Both the position numbers and the translations under genes were made by a program. DNA of 36,986 nt. Source: Candidatus Omnitrophota bacterium (GTDB lineage: Bacteria; Omnitrophota; Gorgyraeia; Zapsychrales; Fredricksoniimonadaceae). The notes below the pieces were generated by a model, which was not told the origin of the DNA, ran no database searches, and saw nothing but the letters and a program-made list of their open reading frames with translations. Shown here piece after piece: positions 22,636 to 34,287 of the stretch. The first letter of the stretch is position 1; the number at the start of each line of letters is the position of its first letter. The stretch covers positions 1 to 36,986 of the forward strand of contig JAAXVU010000002.1 in assembly GCA_013335325.1 (NCBI GenBank), in the 5' to 3' direction.

Positions 22636-23390
22636 TTGAACTTTTCTCCTTTTAGCCTGAGTTGTTGCAGGAAATCTTTATCAGTCTGATTACAACGTAT
22701 CGGCGCCACCACCGCGAAGTTTCTTTTTAAAAGGTACGAATCGGAAGTCGCTTCATTCTTTGTCGCTGGCGGCCGCCCGGTCATCCAGTAATACACTCGG
22801 CCAGCCGGATCGTGGCGTCGCCGGAATTCACCATGTATCGGGACCCGGCATTGCTCTGCGAATACAATACCTTTAAGTTCGCCGTCTGCCACATCCGGGA
22901 CATTTACGTTCAGAAACGTACCGGCAGGCAAGCCGTTGGCAGCCACCCAGCGCGCGACCCGCACGCCCACCTTAGCCGCCAGCTCATAATTAGCACGTTT
23001 TCCGCAATCCAGCGAAACAGCCAGAGAAGGAATGCCGGCCAGGGATCCTTCCCGAGCTGCCCCAACCGTGCCGGAATAGAACACGCTGCAACCGTCGTTA
23101 GAGCCGTTGTTGATCCCGGAGATCACCATGTCCGGCCTTTTTTGCAACAAAACGGACAGGCCAAACTTGACGCAATCAGCCGGAGTACCGCTGACCGCAT
23201 GCGCCCGCGCCTTGTTGAATAAAACCGTACGATGATAAATAGGATGGCTGAGCGTGATAGCCTGGGAGATAGAGCTGCGCTCTCCGTCGGGAGCCACCAC
23301 AGCCACATCCCATACTTTCTTCAGCCCCTTGTACATGGCATAAATGCCGGGGGCGTAAACACCATCATCGTTGGTCAGCAGGATCAGCAT
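22629..23390 (-). CDS. surE: 5'/3'-nucleotidase SurE
   Basis: MLILLTNDDGVYAPGI and the GINNGSN and SGTVGAA blocks are present. I place the start at the ATG at 23390 rather than the track GTG at 23438. Confidence 0.85.
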   Translation of the reverse strand: MLILLTNDDGVYAPGIYAMYKGLKKVWDVAVVAPDGERSSISQAITLSHPIYHRTVLFNKARAHAVSGTPADCVKFGLSVLLQKRPDMVISGINNGSNDGCSVFYSGTVGAAREGSLAGIPSLAVSLDCGKRANYELAAKVGVRVARWVAANGLPAGTFLNVNVPDVADGELKGIVFAEQCRVPIHGEFRRRHDPAGRVYYWMTGRPPATKNEATSDSYLLKRNFAVVAPIRCNQTDKDFLQQLRLKGEKFKW

Positions 23391-23653
23391 AAAATGTTCA
23401 AGAACTGACAATAACACTTTTACTTTACACGGCAACACATCACATGGAAAGCATTTCCGCGACTTTTCTTTGCAATACCCGATGGGACTTTAGACTGGAC
23501 CGTCGGTCATTTACGCATTTGATCACTGCCGGACGATCTGGATGAACGACGCTGCCCGTCCCAGACAGGGTAGCAATGCAGCAACGGCTCACCCCGCAGT
23601 GCGCCAGCTCTTAGACCATGAGCTCGCCCCAAAGATACTTGAGACTTAGCGCG

Positions 23654-25039
23654 TCAAAGATCATAAAAGATGTCCAAATACTGTTTTATCTTGATCTCCA
23701 TCTCGTCCCATTCCGCCAGCGGACGCGAGCCATCCACGATCCCTGCTCCGCTGTAAAGATGCACCGCATCTCCAGCCGCCAGACAGGAACGGATGGCCAC
23801 CGCCAACCGCGCCGAGGACTTCTGAAAATAGCCTACCGGGGCCGCAAACCATCCCCGGTCAAAACTCTCCACGTGATTTAAAAACTGCATGGCCTTGTCC
23901 GCCGGTGAGCCGCCCACCGCCGGTGTCGGATGCAGCGCCGAACACAAATCTCTATCCGTCACACCCTCCGCCAACTTGCCGGAGATGCGCGTCACCAGGT
24001 GCTGCTGCCTGGCCAGCTTACGCACTGACGCCTTCTCTTCCACTTTATAAGAACGGCACACCTGGCGGAACACCGCCACCAGAGCCCCGATCACCGACCG
24101 GTGTTCACGTACGTCCTGCTCGGAACCCAGCAACTCCCGACCCAATTCAGCATCTTCGTGCAAATTATCACCGCGGGTCCGCGTACCAGCGACCGCCTCG
24201 CTGGACAGCATCTCACCGCTGCGGGCATACAAAAGCTCGGGGCTAACACCCAGGAAAGCATGCGTCTCGGAAAACTGGTAGAAGAAGGCATATCCGCCGT
24301 CGGGAATCTCCAGCAGTCTTCGCAACAGGACTACCGGATCTACCGGACCGTCGAAGTTGATAGTAACCCTGCGGGAAAGCACTGCTTTGTCGAGCACCCC
24401 CGACTCTATATCAGCCAGTGCCGCAGCCACCGCAGAAGACCATTCTTCAAAGTTGGGCGTGCTGTGCCTGGAAACAACCTGCAGACGCGGCACGGTGACC
24501 GTCTCCTCCACGCGCAAGGCTTCCAGCTCCCGTAGCAAATGTCTTAAGGGCAGCCTCTCGCCTTCGCCCAAAATAAGGTTACAGACCAATCTGGTTCCAC
24601 GCCCGTCGGCAATGATCTCGAAACGCGGAATAAAGAAACGTATTCCCTTGAAGCTCCGCCATTCGGCACCGGTCAGTACCCGGTTAAAACACATGCCAGC
24701 GCAAACCCGCAGCTCAGGCTCGGCAGACAAAAGTCCGTCCAAACCGTCCCACAATTCCTCGCTGTCACCCCAAGTACGAGCAAAATCATCCCAGGCGGCG
24801 CCCACCCCCGCATACTCGGCCGGGCCTTCTGGATCACCCCAATAACTCCTAGGCAAGACATCCTGATGCGCCAGCCAGTCCAGGGCAGAAAAGGGCACCA
24901 ACGGAACCTCAATACGGATCACCAGAGGATAATGCTCCGCCGCTACCGGAGCGGCCACCAGACGGGCCAGCTCATTTCTGACAAATACGCGGGCCTCCTC
25001 AAAGCTCAATTCATTACTATTGCCGGTAGTGATTATCAT
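23654..25039 (-). CDS. menF: Isochorismate synthase
   Basis: This is a chorismate-utilising enzyme fold with the LHPTPAVGGSP motif, which is the isochorismate-synthase type rather than TrpE/PabB. The ATG at 25039 overlaps the upstream ubiE stop in an ATGA arrangement. Confidence 0.75.
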   Translation of the reverse strand: MIITTGNSNELSFEEARVFVRNELARLVAAPVAAEHYPLVIRIEVPLVPFSALDWLAHQDVLPRSYWGDPEGPAEYAGVGAAWDDFARTWGDSEELWDGLDGLLSAEPELRVCAGMCFNRVLTGAEWRSFKGIRFFIPRFEIIADGRGTRLVCNLILGEGERLPLRHLLRELEALRVEETVTVPRLQVVSRHSTPNFEEWSSAVAAALADIESGVLDKAVLSRRVTINFDGPVDPVVLLRRLLEIPDGGYAFFYQFSETHAFLGVSPELLYARSGEMLSSEAVAGTRTRGDNLHEDAELGRELLGSEQDVREHRSVIGALVAVFRQVCRSYKVEEKASVRKLARQQHLVTRISGKLAEGVTDRDLCSALHPTPAVGGSPADKAMQFLNHVESFDRGWFAAPVGYFQKSSARLAVAIRSCLAAGDAVHLYSGAGIVDGSRPLAEWDEMEIKIKQYLDIFYDL

Positions 25040-25866
25040 GAAGCCCTGGCATCCCTTACTTTGGACTGACGTTCGGCGATATAAATGGTAGCTGCGCCAA
25101 ATGCCAGCTCCACGCAACTGACATTTACAAACCCGACCTGACGCATGATCCGCTTAAACCTGTCGCCGTAAGGAAAATCACGCACTGTCTTGGCCAGGTA
25201 ACCGTAGGCCGAAAGGTGTCCGGTCAACAGGCATCCTATTGCTGGCACAAACCAGAGAAGATAAACCGCATGAAAAATCCGCATGAAAATATTAGATGGT
25301 CTGGAGAATTCCAGCACGATTATACGTCCGCCGTCCGTCAAGACCCGACGCGCCTCCATCAACGCCTTCACCAGATCAGGCATATTCCTCAAGCCAAACG
25401 ATACAGTCACCGCATCAAACATCTTATCCTGGAATGGTAACGCCAGGGCGTCCGCCTTCTTCAGGCGGATACGGCCGGACAATTCATACCGTTCCACCTT
25501 AACACGCCCCAGACTGAGCATTTCCTCGGCCAGATCCACTCCCGTAACTTCCCCGACATTATCCTGAAACCTAGCCAGGGCAATGGCCACATCCGCCGTG
25601 CCGGTGGCTATGTCCAGAACCCGTAAGCCCTTGCCGGCAGGCAAAAGAGTTCCCAGTCTCCGTCGCCATCCTATATCCATACCGAAGGAAAGAATATAGT
25701 TCAACAGATCGTAGCGTTTGGCGATAGCATTAAAAAGACGGGGAGAATCAGACTTGCGGACACCAGCCACGCACGCACCCTCCGGCTTCTTATCCGCCGA
25801 AGATCCTGGCGCGCACGCCTTTCTCTCATCACGACCAAGTTGGGATAGATACTTATCCCTGCTCAT
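25036..25866 (-). CDS. ubiE: Demethylmenaquinone/ubiquinone C-methyltransferase
   Basis: [25 protein letters not shown] and the SAM motif [10 protein letters not shown] match the UbiE/MenG pattern. I place the start at the ATG at 25866 (MSRDKY). The track extension to 25974 overlaps trxB. Confidence 0.8.
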   Translation of the reverse strand: MSRDKYLSQLGRDERKACAPGSSADKKPEGACVAGVRKSDSPRLFNAIAKRYDLLNYILSFGMDIGWRRRLGTLLPAGKGLRVLDIATGTADVAIALARFQDNVGEVTGVDLAEEMLSLGRVKVERYELSGRIRLKKADALALPFQDKMFDAVTVSFGLRNMPDLVKALMEARRVLTDGGRIIVLEFSRPSNIFMRIFHAVYLLWFVPAIGCLLTGHLSAYGYLAKTVRDFPYGDRFKRIMRQVGFVNVSCVELAFGAATIYIAERQSKVRDARAS

Positions 25867-26794
25867 TAAGGAAGCTCTCCACTTCCAGCGCGGCCATGCA
25901 TCCGGAACCGGCGGCGGTGATCGCCTGGCGATATTTACGGTCCTGCACGTCGCCGCAGGCAAAGACCCCGGCAACAGCCGTACGAGTCGATCCCGGCACG
26001 GTCTTTAGGTACCCGATCTCGTCTGTTTCCAACTGGCCTTCCAGAAAAGCGGTGTTGGGAACATGTCCTATGGCGTAGAATAGCCCGCCGCAGGCCAACT
26101 CGCTTGTAGCATTGGTCTGCGTATTATGCACTTTGAGCACACCCAGCGTCTTCTCTCCAACCGCCTCCAACGGGACGGTGTTCCACATGATCTCGATCTT
26201 GGGATTTTCCAGGGCGCGCTTCTGCATGGCTTTTGACGCGCGCAATTCGTTACGGCGGTGCATCAATATCACCTTGGAGGCGTAATGTGTCAAATGCACT
26301 GCTTCCTCAACGGCTGAGTCACCGCCGCCTACCACCACCAAGACCTTGTTGCGGAAGATCGGCAGAGCCCCGTCGCAGACAGCGCAGGCGGATATGCCAC
26401 GTTGCCAGTATAGGTCTTCCCCTGGGATATTCATCCTCCGGGCAGTCGCCCCGGTTGCGATGATAAGCGCCAGCGCCTCGACCTCTCCGGCCGAAGTAAT
26501 GACCTTAAAAGGCCGCTTATTAAGAACAACACGCTCAACGGTCTCGGTCTCTATGCGAGCACCATGACGGACAGACTGCTCGCGCATACGGTCCATCAGC
26601 ACTGGTCCGGATATCCCCTCTGGAAAACCGGGATAATTCTCCACCTCGGTAGTGGTGGTCAGCTGTCCTCCGGCCGCAATCCCTCCCGCCATCATGCCCT
26701 CGTACATCAAAGGCTTCAAGTTCGCCCGTGCGGTATAAATCGCCGCCGTATGCGCTGAGGGACCGGATCCAATAATAACCACGTTTTCCATCAT
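25853..26794 (-). CDS. trxB: Thioredoxin-disulfide reductase
   Basis: It has the FAD motif [12 protein letters not shown], the redox-active CAVCDG and the NADPH motif [10 protein letters not shown]. The protein is 313 aa. Confidence 0.9.
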   Translation of the reverse strand: MMENVVIIGSGPSAHTAAIYTARANLKPLMYEGMMAGGIAAGGQLTTTTEVENYPGFPEGISGPVLMDRMREQSVRHGARIETETVERVVLNKRPFKVITSAGEVEALALIIATGATARRMNIPGEDLYWQRGISACAVCDGALPIFRNKVLVVVGGGDSAVEEAVHLTHYASKVILMHRRNELRASKAMQKRALENPKIEIMWNTVPLEAVGEKTLGVLKVHNTQTNATSELACGGLFYAIGHVPNTAFLEGQLETDEIGYLKTVPGSTRTAVAGVFACGDVQDRKYRQAITAAGSGCMAALEVESFLNEQG

Positions 26795-26887
26795 TGCCTC
26801 CGAATGTTGAAATAGATGCTTTCGCTTATCTGCGCCCGCACAGACCTGCCCAATAAAGCTAAGATACTTAACCTGCCGGCCGACGAC

Positions 26888-27994
26888 CTACTCCTGGTTA
26901 GCGCAAAACGGCCTTAACTCTTCCAGACCCTTCAAACCTTCCGACGCACCATTGTCCCGGGCTCGCCCCAGAAGCTCTTCCAGCCCAACTTCCGACTTGA
27001 TCGTGAACCCGGCGTCCGCAAGCATCCTAAGAGTTCTCAGGTCGGATGTTCCGCGGGCATTCAAATATCCTTGCAGGAAAAGCGAATTGGCCACGTAAAG
27101 CCCCAATGGCTCTAGGCTGCGCAGATGCATCTCGCGTCCGGCCGCCATACGTATTTCGGCCTGCGGATTCAAAAAACGAAACAGACACAATACCCGCAGA
27201 CAATATTCCGGAGTCAAACCAACCGCCTCTTTTAACGCCACCCCTGGTAAAGGCATGAAAAAATTCACCGGGATAGAATCGGCACCCAGATCCCTAAGCC
27301 ACATGGCCATCTCCACCACATCTTCACGGCCCTCGCCCATACCGATGATCACACCGGAACACACCCGGAGGCCAACCGACTTGGCGGCCCGCAGGGTCAA
27401 CAAACGGTCCTGAAACGAATGCGTCGTACATATACGCCCGTAATGACTTTGCGAGGTATTGAGGTTATGGTTCAACCGGTCAAGTCCCGCCGCCTTAAGC
27501 CTGGCAGCCTGCTCAGGCGTAACCACTCCTGGGGAAACGCATACTTCTATCTTATATTGCGCTTTTATATCCCGCACGAGGCGGCAGACGTGTTCAACCC
27601 GTTCGTCCGATGGCCCCGGACCCGAAAAAACCATGCAGTAACGCCAGGCGCCATTCTCCGCCGCGGCACGCGCCTCTTCCATGATCTCGGCATCCGACTT
27701 CATGTGATACGTCTCGATAGCGGCCGAAGAAGATGCTGACTGGGCGCAGTAACGGCAATCTTCCGGACAGAGACCGTTCTGTACGTTATTCAGGATGTGC
27801 ACCGTAACTTGACGGCCAAAATATTGCCGCCTAAGCACATAGGCCGACTGGATTAATTCCAGGATATCCTCCTCACCGGACAACACCCGCAAGGCATCCT
27901 GTCGGGACAACCTTCCTGCCGCCCCGACCTCTGACAATCTGGTAACGAAAGCATCGCTCATATCATCAATTCCCCAACCATAATTTTTGTGCAT
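26888..27994 (-). CDS. bioB: Biotin synthase (radical SAM)
   Basis: CPEDCRYCAQS is the CxxxCxxC motif. LNHNLNTS is present. The equivalents of the E. coli [2Fe-2S] ligands are present: YCMV, EVCVSPG, RVCSGVIIG and the Arg in MAAGRE. The ATG at 27961 is an alternative start. Confidence 0.8.
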   Translation of the reverse strand: MHKNYGWGIDDMSDAFVTRLSEVGAAGRLSRQDALRVLSGEEDILELIQSAYVLRRQYFGRQVTVHILNNVQNGLCPEDCRYCAQSASSSAAIETYHMKSDAEIMEEARAAAENGAWRYCMVFSGPGPSDERVEHVCRLVRDIKAQYKIEVCVSPGVVTPEQAARLKAAGLDRLNHNLNTSQSHYGRICTTHSFQDRLLTLRAAKSVGLRVCSGVIIGMGEGREDVVEMAMWLRDLGADSIPVNFFMPLPGVALKEAVGLTPEYCLRVLCLFRFLNPQAEIRMAAGREMHLRSLEPLGLYVANSLFLQGYLNARGTSDLRTLRMLADAGFTIKSEVGLEELLGRARDNGASEGLKGLEELRPFCANQE

Positions 27995-28118
27995 TCTAAT
28001 ACAATCCCCAATTTTGCGGTAGGAAAATCCGCCGTAAATGCTTTATATCAAAGGAAATCAGCTTGCTTTTTGGATAAAAATCCATATAGTGATGATAGCA
28101 TAAATCAACAATACAAAA

Positions 28119-29930
28119 ATGAATCCTCTACACACATTCCACATACCAGTCATGGGCACTGGGTTCACTATCGACTCGCCCATCCGGGTCGCCCGTTACG
28201 GCATTTCCTCCGTCATATCACTGGTGGATGACAGCCTGATAGAAGACGTACGCAAATTTTACGCTACTCGCTACGGCGAAAGCTACACCCCAATAAAGAA
28301 ACATGATGAAGACTGGCGCGCACGTCGCATAACTGAGTATTTGAACCTGGTAGACCGCATAGTTAACAAACAAGTAGAAAACCTTAAGAAGACCGCCTTT
28401 GAAGCCGGTAGCGAAATAACCAAGTACTTTGAATACCTGCCGGATGAATCACCGCTTAAATCGCTCTATAACAAAATGCTCTCCACTCGCGACGCCTCTC
28501 AAAAGGCGGCCATGCAGGAAGAATTGCGTACGAAGGTAGCGCCTGGCCGCATCGATGTCAATATCATGACCAAGCTGGATCGGCTTAATGTCGACAAGCA
28601 CGGAACACAGCTGCCGGAAGAATATTCAGACGCACTATCTGCGCTACGCGGATACGCTAAAAGCACGCTTCATTCAGCCCTGATATTATCGGCCGGATTT
28701 AACCGCCGACTATACTCATACATCGAGGAGTTCAAGGATTTCTACGCGGACGCCACCGGCCGCTTCAAGAAAGAGATCGTACTCAAGGTGAGCGATTACC
28801 GTTCCGCCATCACCCAAGGCAAGTTCCTAGCAAAGAAAGGCCTGTGGGTATCCGAGTTCCGCGTGGAATCTGGACTCAACTGCGGCGGCCACGCCTTCGC
28901 CGGTTCAGGCAACTTAATGGGGCCTATTCTGGAAGAATTCAAGCAGAAGAAACAAGAACTCGTCGAGCAGCTCGGATCCATGTGCCGGGATGCCATGAAA
29001 CTCAAAAATATGCCGCTGCCGGAACAGATCCCGCCATTCCGACTGACCGCGCAAGGAGGCATCGGCACTGCCAATGAAGACCGCTTCCTGAAACGGCATT
29101 ACCAAGTCGTGTCTACTGGCTGGGGATCACCTTTCCTTCTGGTACCGGAAGCAGTGCAGATAGATAAGGACACCCTCGACAGGCTAGCCGCTGCCGGCGA
29201 ACAGGATATTTTACTTAGCGACGTTTCGCCTCTCAACGTTGCGTTCAACAACCTGCGCAATTCCTTAAGCGAGATCAAGAAGTGCACGCTCATAACCGAG
29301 GGACATCCAGGCAGCCCGTGCTATCTGGGACACCTGGCAAATAACACCGAATTCACCAAGAATCCGATATGCACGGCATCCCGAACCTATCAAAAGTTAA
29401 AGCTGGAAGCGCTGAAAGCCATGCGGCTTCCTAAAGCGGAATACGACAAAGAAGCAGCCAAAGTCACCAGCAAGGCCTGTATCTGCGCACAGCTCGGTGA
29501 CAGCGTATACAAGAATGAAAACCTGAACAAAAAGGGTGGGATGTTTCCGGCGGTTTGCCCAGGACCAAACATCGCCTATTTTAACCGTCCGGCCAGCCTG
29601 AAGGAAATGATCGACCACATCTACGGCCGCATAAACATAATGCCCTTCAAGAACCGCCCACACATGTTCATCAAGGAACTTAGACTGAACATAGAGCAGT
29701 TTGAGAAACTGGCTAAAGAAAGCACCAACAGCACACTAAAACAAACCGATACCAAACTGGAAGAATTCCGCCAGAACCTTTCCGACGGAGTCATCTATTA
29801 TCGCACGCTATTCCCCCAGATCCTGGAGGAAACCGAGAGTACCCGGCAAAAGCTGCTTGAGCAATTGGAAGAATGCGCCGAACACATAGGTCGCATCAGC
29901 GCCACCATACTCCCCGCTGCCAGTGCATAA
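28119..29930 (+). CDS. Uncharacterised 603-aa protein; possible distant nitronate-monooxygenase/FabK-like FMN TIM barrel with insertion and Cys-rich C-terminal region
   Basis: It is a long ORF with coding-like composition. HIPVMGTGFTIDSPIRVARYGISSVISL resembles the NMO N-terminal P-I-x-x-A-P-M...A-V-S-x-A-G-G-L-G block. ESGLNCGGHAF resembles E-A-G-G-H-x-G. TAQGGIGTANE...STGWGSPFLLVPEA resembles A-A-G-G-I...G-T-x-F-L-x-x-x-E. There is no obvious SD upstream. Confidence 0.35.
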   Translation: MNPLHTFHIPVMGTGFTIDSPIRVARYGISSVISLVDDSLIEDVRKFYATRYGESYTPIKKHDEDWRARRITEYLNLVDRIVNKQVENLKKTAFEAGSEITKYFEYLPDESPLKSLYNKMLSTRDASQKAAMQEELRTKVAPGRIDVNIMTKLDRLNVDKHGTQLPEEYSDALSALRGYAKSTLHSALILSAGFNRRLYSYIEEFKDFYADATGRFKKEIVLKVSDYRSAITQGKFLAKKGLWVSEFRVESGLNCGGHAFAGSGNLMGPILEEFKQKKQELVEQLGSMCRDAMKLKNMPLPEQIPPFRLTAQGGIGTANEDRFLKRHYQVVSTGWGSPFLLVPEAVQIDKDTLDRLAAAGEQDILLSDVSPLNVAFNNLRNSLSEIKKCTLITEGHPGSPCYLGHLANNTEFTKNPICTASRTYQKLKLEALKAMRLPKAEYDKEAAKVTSKACICAQLGDSVYKNENLNKKGGMFPAVCPGPNIAYFNRPASLKEMIDHIYGRINIMPFKNRPHMFIKELRLNIEQFEKLAKESTNSTLKQTDTKLEEFRQNLSDGVIYYRTLFPQILEETESTRQKLLEQLEECAEHIGRISATILPAASA

Positions 29931-29997
29931 TAAAATCAGCCTTACCTTCCAGCCGGATTATCAAGCGGGACTTGCCCAATTTATTGCAATCTGTTGA

Positions 29998-30390
29998 TTA
30001 TTTACGAACGACCTGGTCGCCCAAAGCCTCGACGATCTTAAGATAAATGGCTTCCAGATTGACGGGTTTTATCATATAGCCTGAAGTATGCTGCAGCAGA
30101 AACTCTTCGTTCTCTTTTGGCACCACAAAGATACCTGTCGAGATCACAATCTTGACGTCCTGGTCGAATTCCCGGATCTCCCGTAAAACATCCCAGCCCA
30201 TATGGCCCGGCAAATGGATATCCAAAAGTATCAAATCCAGTTTCAAATCCCTGGCCATTTCCACCGCCTTCTGGCCATCTCCGGTAGTAAAAACCTCGAC
30301 ATTAAGCTTCTTGGGCAAGAAACTGGTCAATACGTTCCGAATGTCCATCTCGTCATCTACGACCAGCACCCTGAATATCTTCTTTTCCAT
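29998..30390 (-). CDS. Stand-alone response-regulator receiver (CheY-like) protein
   Basis: VLVVDDE, DLILLDIHLPG and the conserved K (YMIKP) are present. The protein is 130 aa. Confidence 0.85.
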   Translation of the reverse strand: MEKKIFRVLVVDDEMDIRNVLTSFLPKKLNVEVFTTGDGQKAVEMARDLKLDLILLDIHLPGHMGWDVLREIREFDQDVKIVISTGIFVVPKENEEFLLQHTSGYMIKPVNLEAIYLKIVEALGDQVVRK

Positions 30391-30448
30391 AGGTCACCTC
30401 TATCAAGTCACTCAGGCATTCAGTAATAGTATGCGCAACACGAACATG

Positions 30449-32163
<1,715 letters not shown>

Positions 32164-32233
32164 TGGAAAATCTGTTGTAAGGAACATTGCCACTTAAGCC
32201 TGCAACTGTAGGACAACATCGAGCAATACCAAG

Positions 32234-34087
32234 CTATTTGGTGACTTCTTCCATGATCTCCATCATGCGTTTTACGTAGTCAGCCCGGGAAGACAACTCG
32301 CCTTCGATCAACTGCGCGCTCTCATAAAGCTGGACGATACACTTCTTTAGCATATCGTCGCCGGGATTGGCAATATACCTCCTGGAGAGGTTGCGCATAA
32401 CAGGATGCTCCATATTGATCTCCAGAATACGCCTGGACTTGGGAACCTCCTGCCCCATCATCTTCATCATCCGCTCCATCTGCCGGTCCATCCCCTGCTC
32501 TCCGGTCACAAGCGTGACAGCCGAATCTACCAAGCGCTTGGAAAGCCTGACATCCTCAACCCGGTCTTTCAGAGTTTCCTTGCAAAGATCGACAAAAGAT
32601 TTGGCCAGCTGATCATCTTCTTTCTTTTCCGCATCACCGGACACCATCTGGATATCCGCTTGGTCGACAGACTTAAGCGGCTTTTGTTCATATTCTCCTA
32701 TCGACGGCACAATAAAGATGTCTATAGGCTCAACTAGAAACAAGACTTCGATCTCATGCTTACGGAAATATTCCAGATTAGGATTCTGCTCGGCATGCTC
32801 CCGGCTGTCGGCAGATAGATAATAGATTTCCTTCTGCGATTCCTTCATCCGGCCCACATAGTCTTTTAAGGAGACCATTTCGCCGGCCTTGCTGGCGGAA
32901 GTCTCGAAACGTAACAATTCGACCAGCTTATCGCGGTTGGCAAAATCCGTATTCAGTCCGGTCTTAAAAAGCGGGCCAAAATTCTTATAAAACTGCAGAT
33001 ACAGATCCGGTTCCTTGCCGGCCATACGCTGCAGCCACTGGATGATCTTCGTAGTTAGCGTTGAGCTGATCTTATCCATCGCGGGAGACGCCTGAACCAC
33101 CTCTCGGGAGACATTTAACGGCAGGTCACTGGTATCCACCACGCCCCGGACAAATTGCAAATACTCCGGCAGGAGCTCCTTGCAGTCATCCATGATCATT
33201 ATCTTCTTGCTATACAGCTGGACGGTCTTATGCTGCCGTACCCGAATAAGCTCAAACGGGGCCCGCTTGGGGATGAATAAAAGAGCCTTAAATTCCGAAC
33301 CAGCCCCCTCGATAGAGAGACAAAGCCGCGCCAGCGGGTCTTCAAAGTCGTTGGTGATGAATTTGTAGAACTCATTGCTCTCATCATCCCGGATTTCGCT
33401 CTCGCTTTTGCGCCATAACGCCTCCACTGCATTTATCTTCTCATTACCAACGAATATCGGGAAATCGGCGAAGTTAGAATACTTCTTTATGACCTGCTTG
33501 ACCTTGAATTCTTCAGCGAACTCCTTGGCGTTTTCCTTGAGCCTAAACGATATGGTAGTGCCACGGTCAGATTTATCGATCTCCTGGACCGTGTAGCTTC
33601 CCTCTCCGGATGAAGTCCAACGGTAGCCGCGCGACCCCTGGTCCGCATGGCGGGTCTCGATCGTGACCTCATCGGCTACCATGAATACGGAATAAAAACC
33701 GACACCGAACTGACCGATAAAATCCCCAGGATTGCGGTTTTCTTCTTTCATCTGCTTCAAAAACTCCAGCGTGCCGGAACGGGCGACCGTGCCGATACTG
33801 TTCATGAGATCATCCCTGGTCATCCCGATGCCGTTATCGCGTATAGTGAAAGTCTGCTTGGCATTATCGACGGAAATATGTATCCCCAACTCGACGCCTT
33901 TATCCAGGACGTTGTCATCGGTAAGCTGACGGTAGCGCACCTTATTCAACGCGTCGGAGGCGTTGGATATAAGTTCGCGCAGAAAAACCTCCGGATGAGT
34001 GTAAAGTGAGTGGATTATTAGCTGCAAGAGCTGCTTCATTTCAGCTTTGTATTCAAACTTTTCTACGCCCTGTTTCTCCATAGCCAA
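32234..34087 (-). CDS. htpG: Molecular chaperone HtpG (Hsp90)
   Basis: The N-terminal ATPase blocks are FLRELISNASDALNK, IGQFGVGFYS and DNGIGMT. The protein is 617 aa. SD AAGGAG lies upstream. Confidence 0.95.
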   Translation of the reverse strand: MAMEKQGVEKFEYKAEMKQLLQLIIHSLYTHPEVFLRELISNASDALNKVRYRQLTDDNVLDKGVELGIHISVDNAKQTFTIRDNGIGMTRDDLMNSIGTVARSGTLEFLKQMKEENRNPGDFIGQFGVGFYSVFMVADEVTIETRHADQGSRGYRWTSSGEGSYTVQEIDKSDRGTTISFRLKENAKEFAEEFKVKQVIKKYSNFADFPIFVGNEKINAVEALWRKSESEIRDDESNEFYKFITNDFEDPLARLCLSIEGAGSEFKALLFIPKRAPFELIRVRQHKTVQLYSKKIMIMDDCKELLPEYLQFVRGVVDTSDLPLNVSREVVQASPAMDKISSTLTTKIIQWLQRMAGKEPDLYLQFYKNFGPLFKTGLNTDFANRDKLVELLRFETSASKAGEMVSLKDYVGRMKESQKEIYYLSADSREHAEQNPNLEYFRKHEIEVLFLVEPIDIFIVPSIGEYEQKPLKSVDQADIQMVSGDAEKKEDDQLAKSFVDLCKETLKDRVEDVRLSKRLVDSAVTLVTGEQGMDRQMERMMKMMGQEVPKSRRILEINMEHPVMRNLSRRYIANPGDDMLKKCIVQLYESAQLIEGELSSRADYVKRMMEIMEEVTK

Positions 34088-34178
34088 ACACTCCTTATTT
34101 ATAATTCACGCAAAACAACCGGGATTAAATTGATCTTCTGACATCCTACTACAATTCAATAACTCCGGACAGATGAAT

Positions 34179-34219
34179 AAAAAAACTACCGTATCAAGTT
34201 ATCGAACTTGATACGGTAG
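34179..34219 (-). terminator. Intrinsic terminator downstream of the MCP gene
   Basis: A 15-bp perfect stem (34186-34200 pairing with 34205-34219) has a 4-nt loop and is followed on the minus strand by seven U residues (34179-34185). Confidence 0.8.
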
Positions 34220-34287
34220 CTGCATACCGTTTCAACATTTTATTTACTAAATAATCCCAGCAGTGTCAAGAGCGACAAATCAACCTG

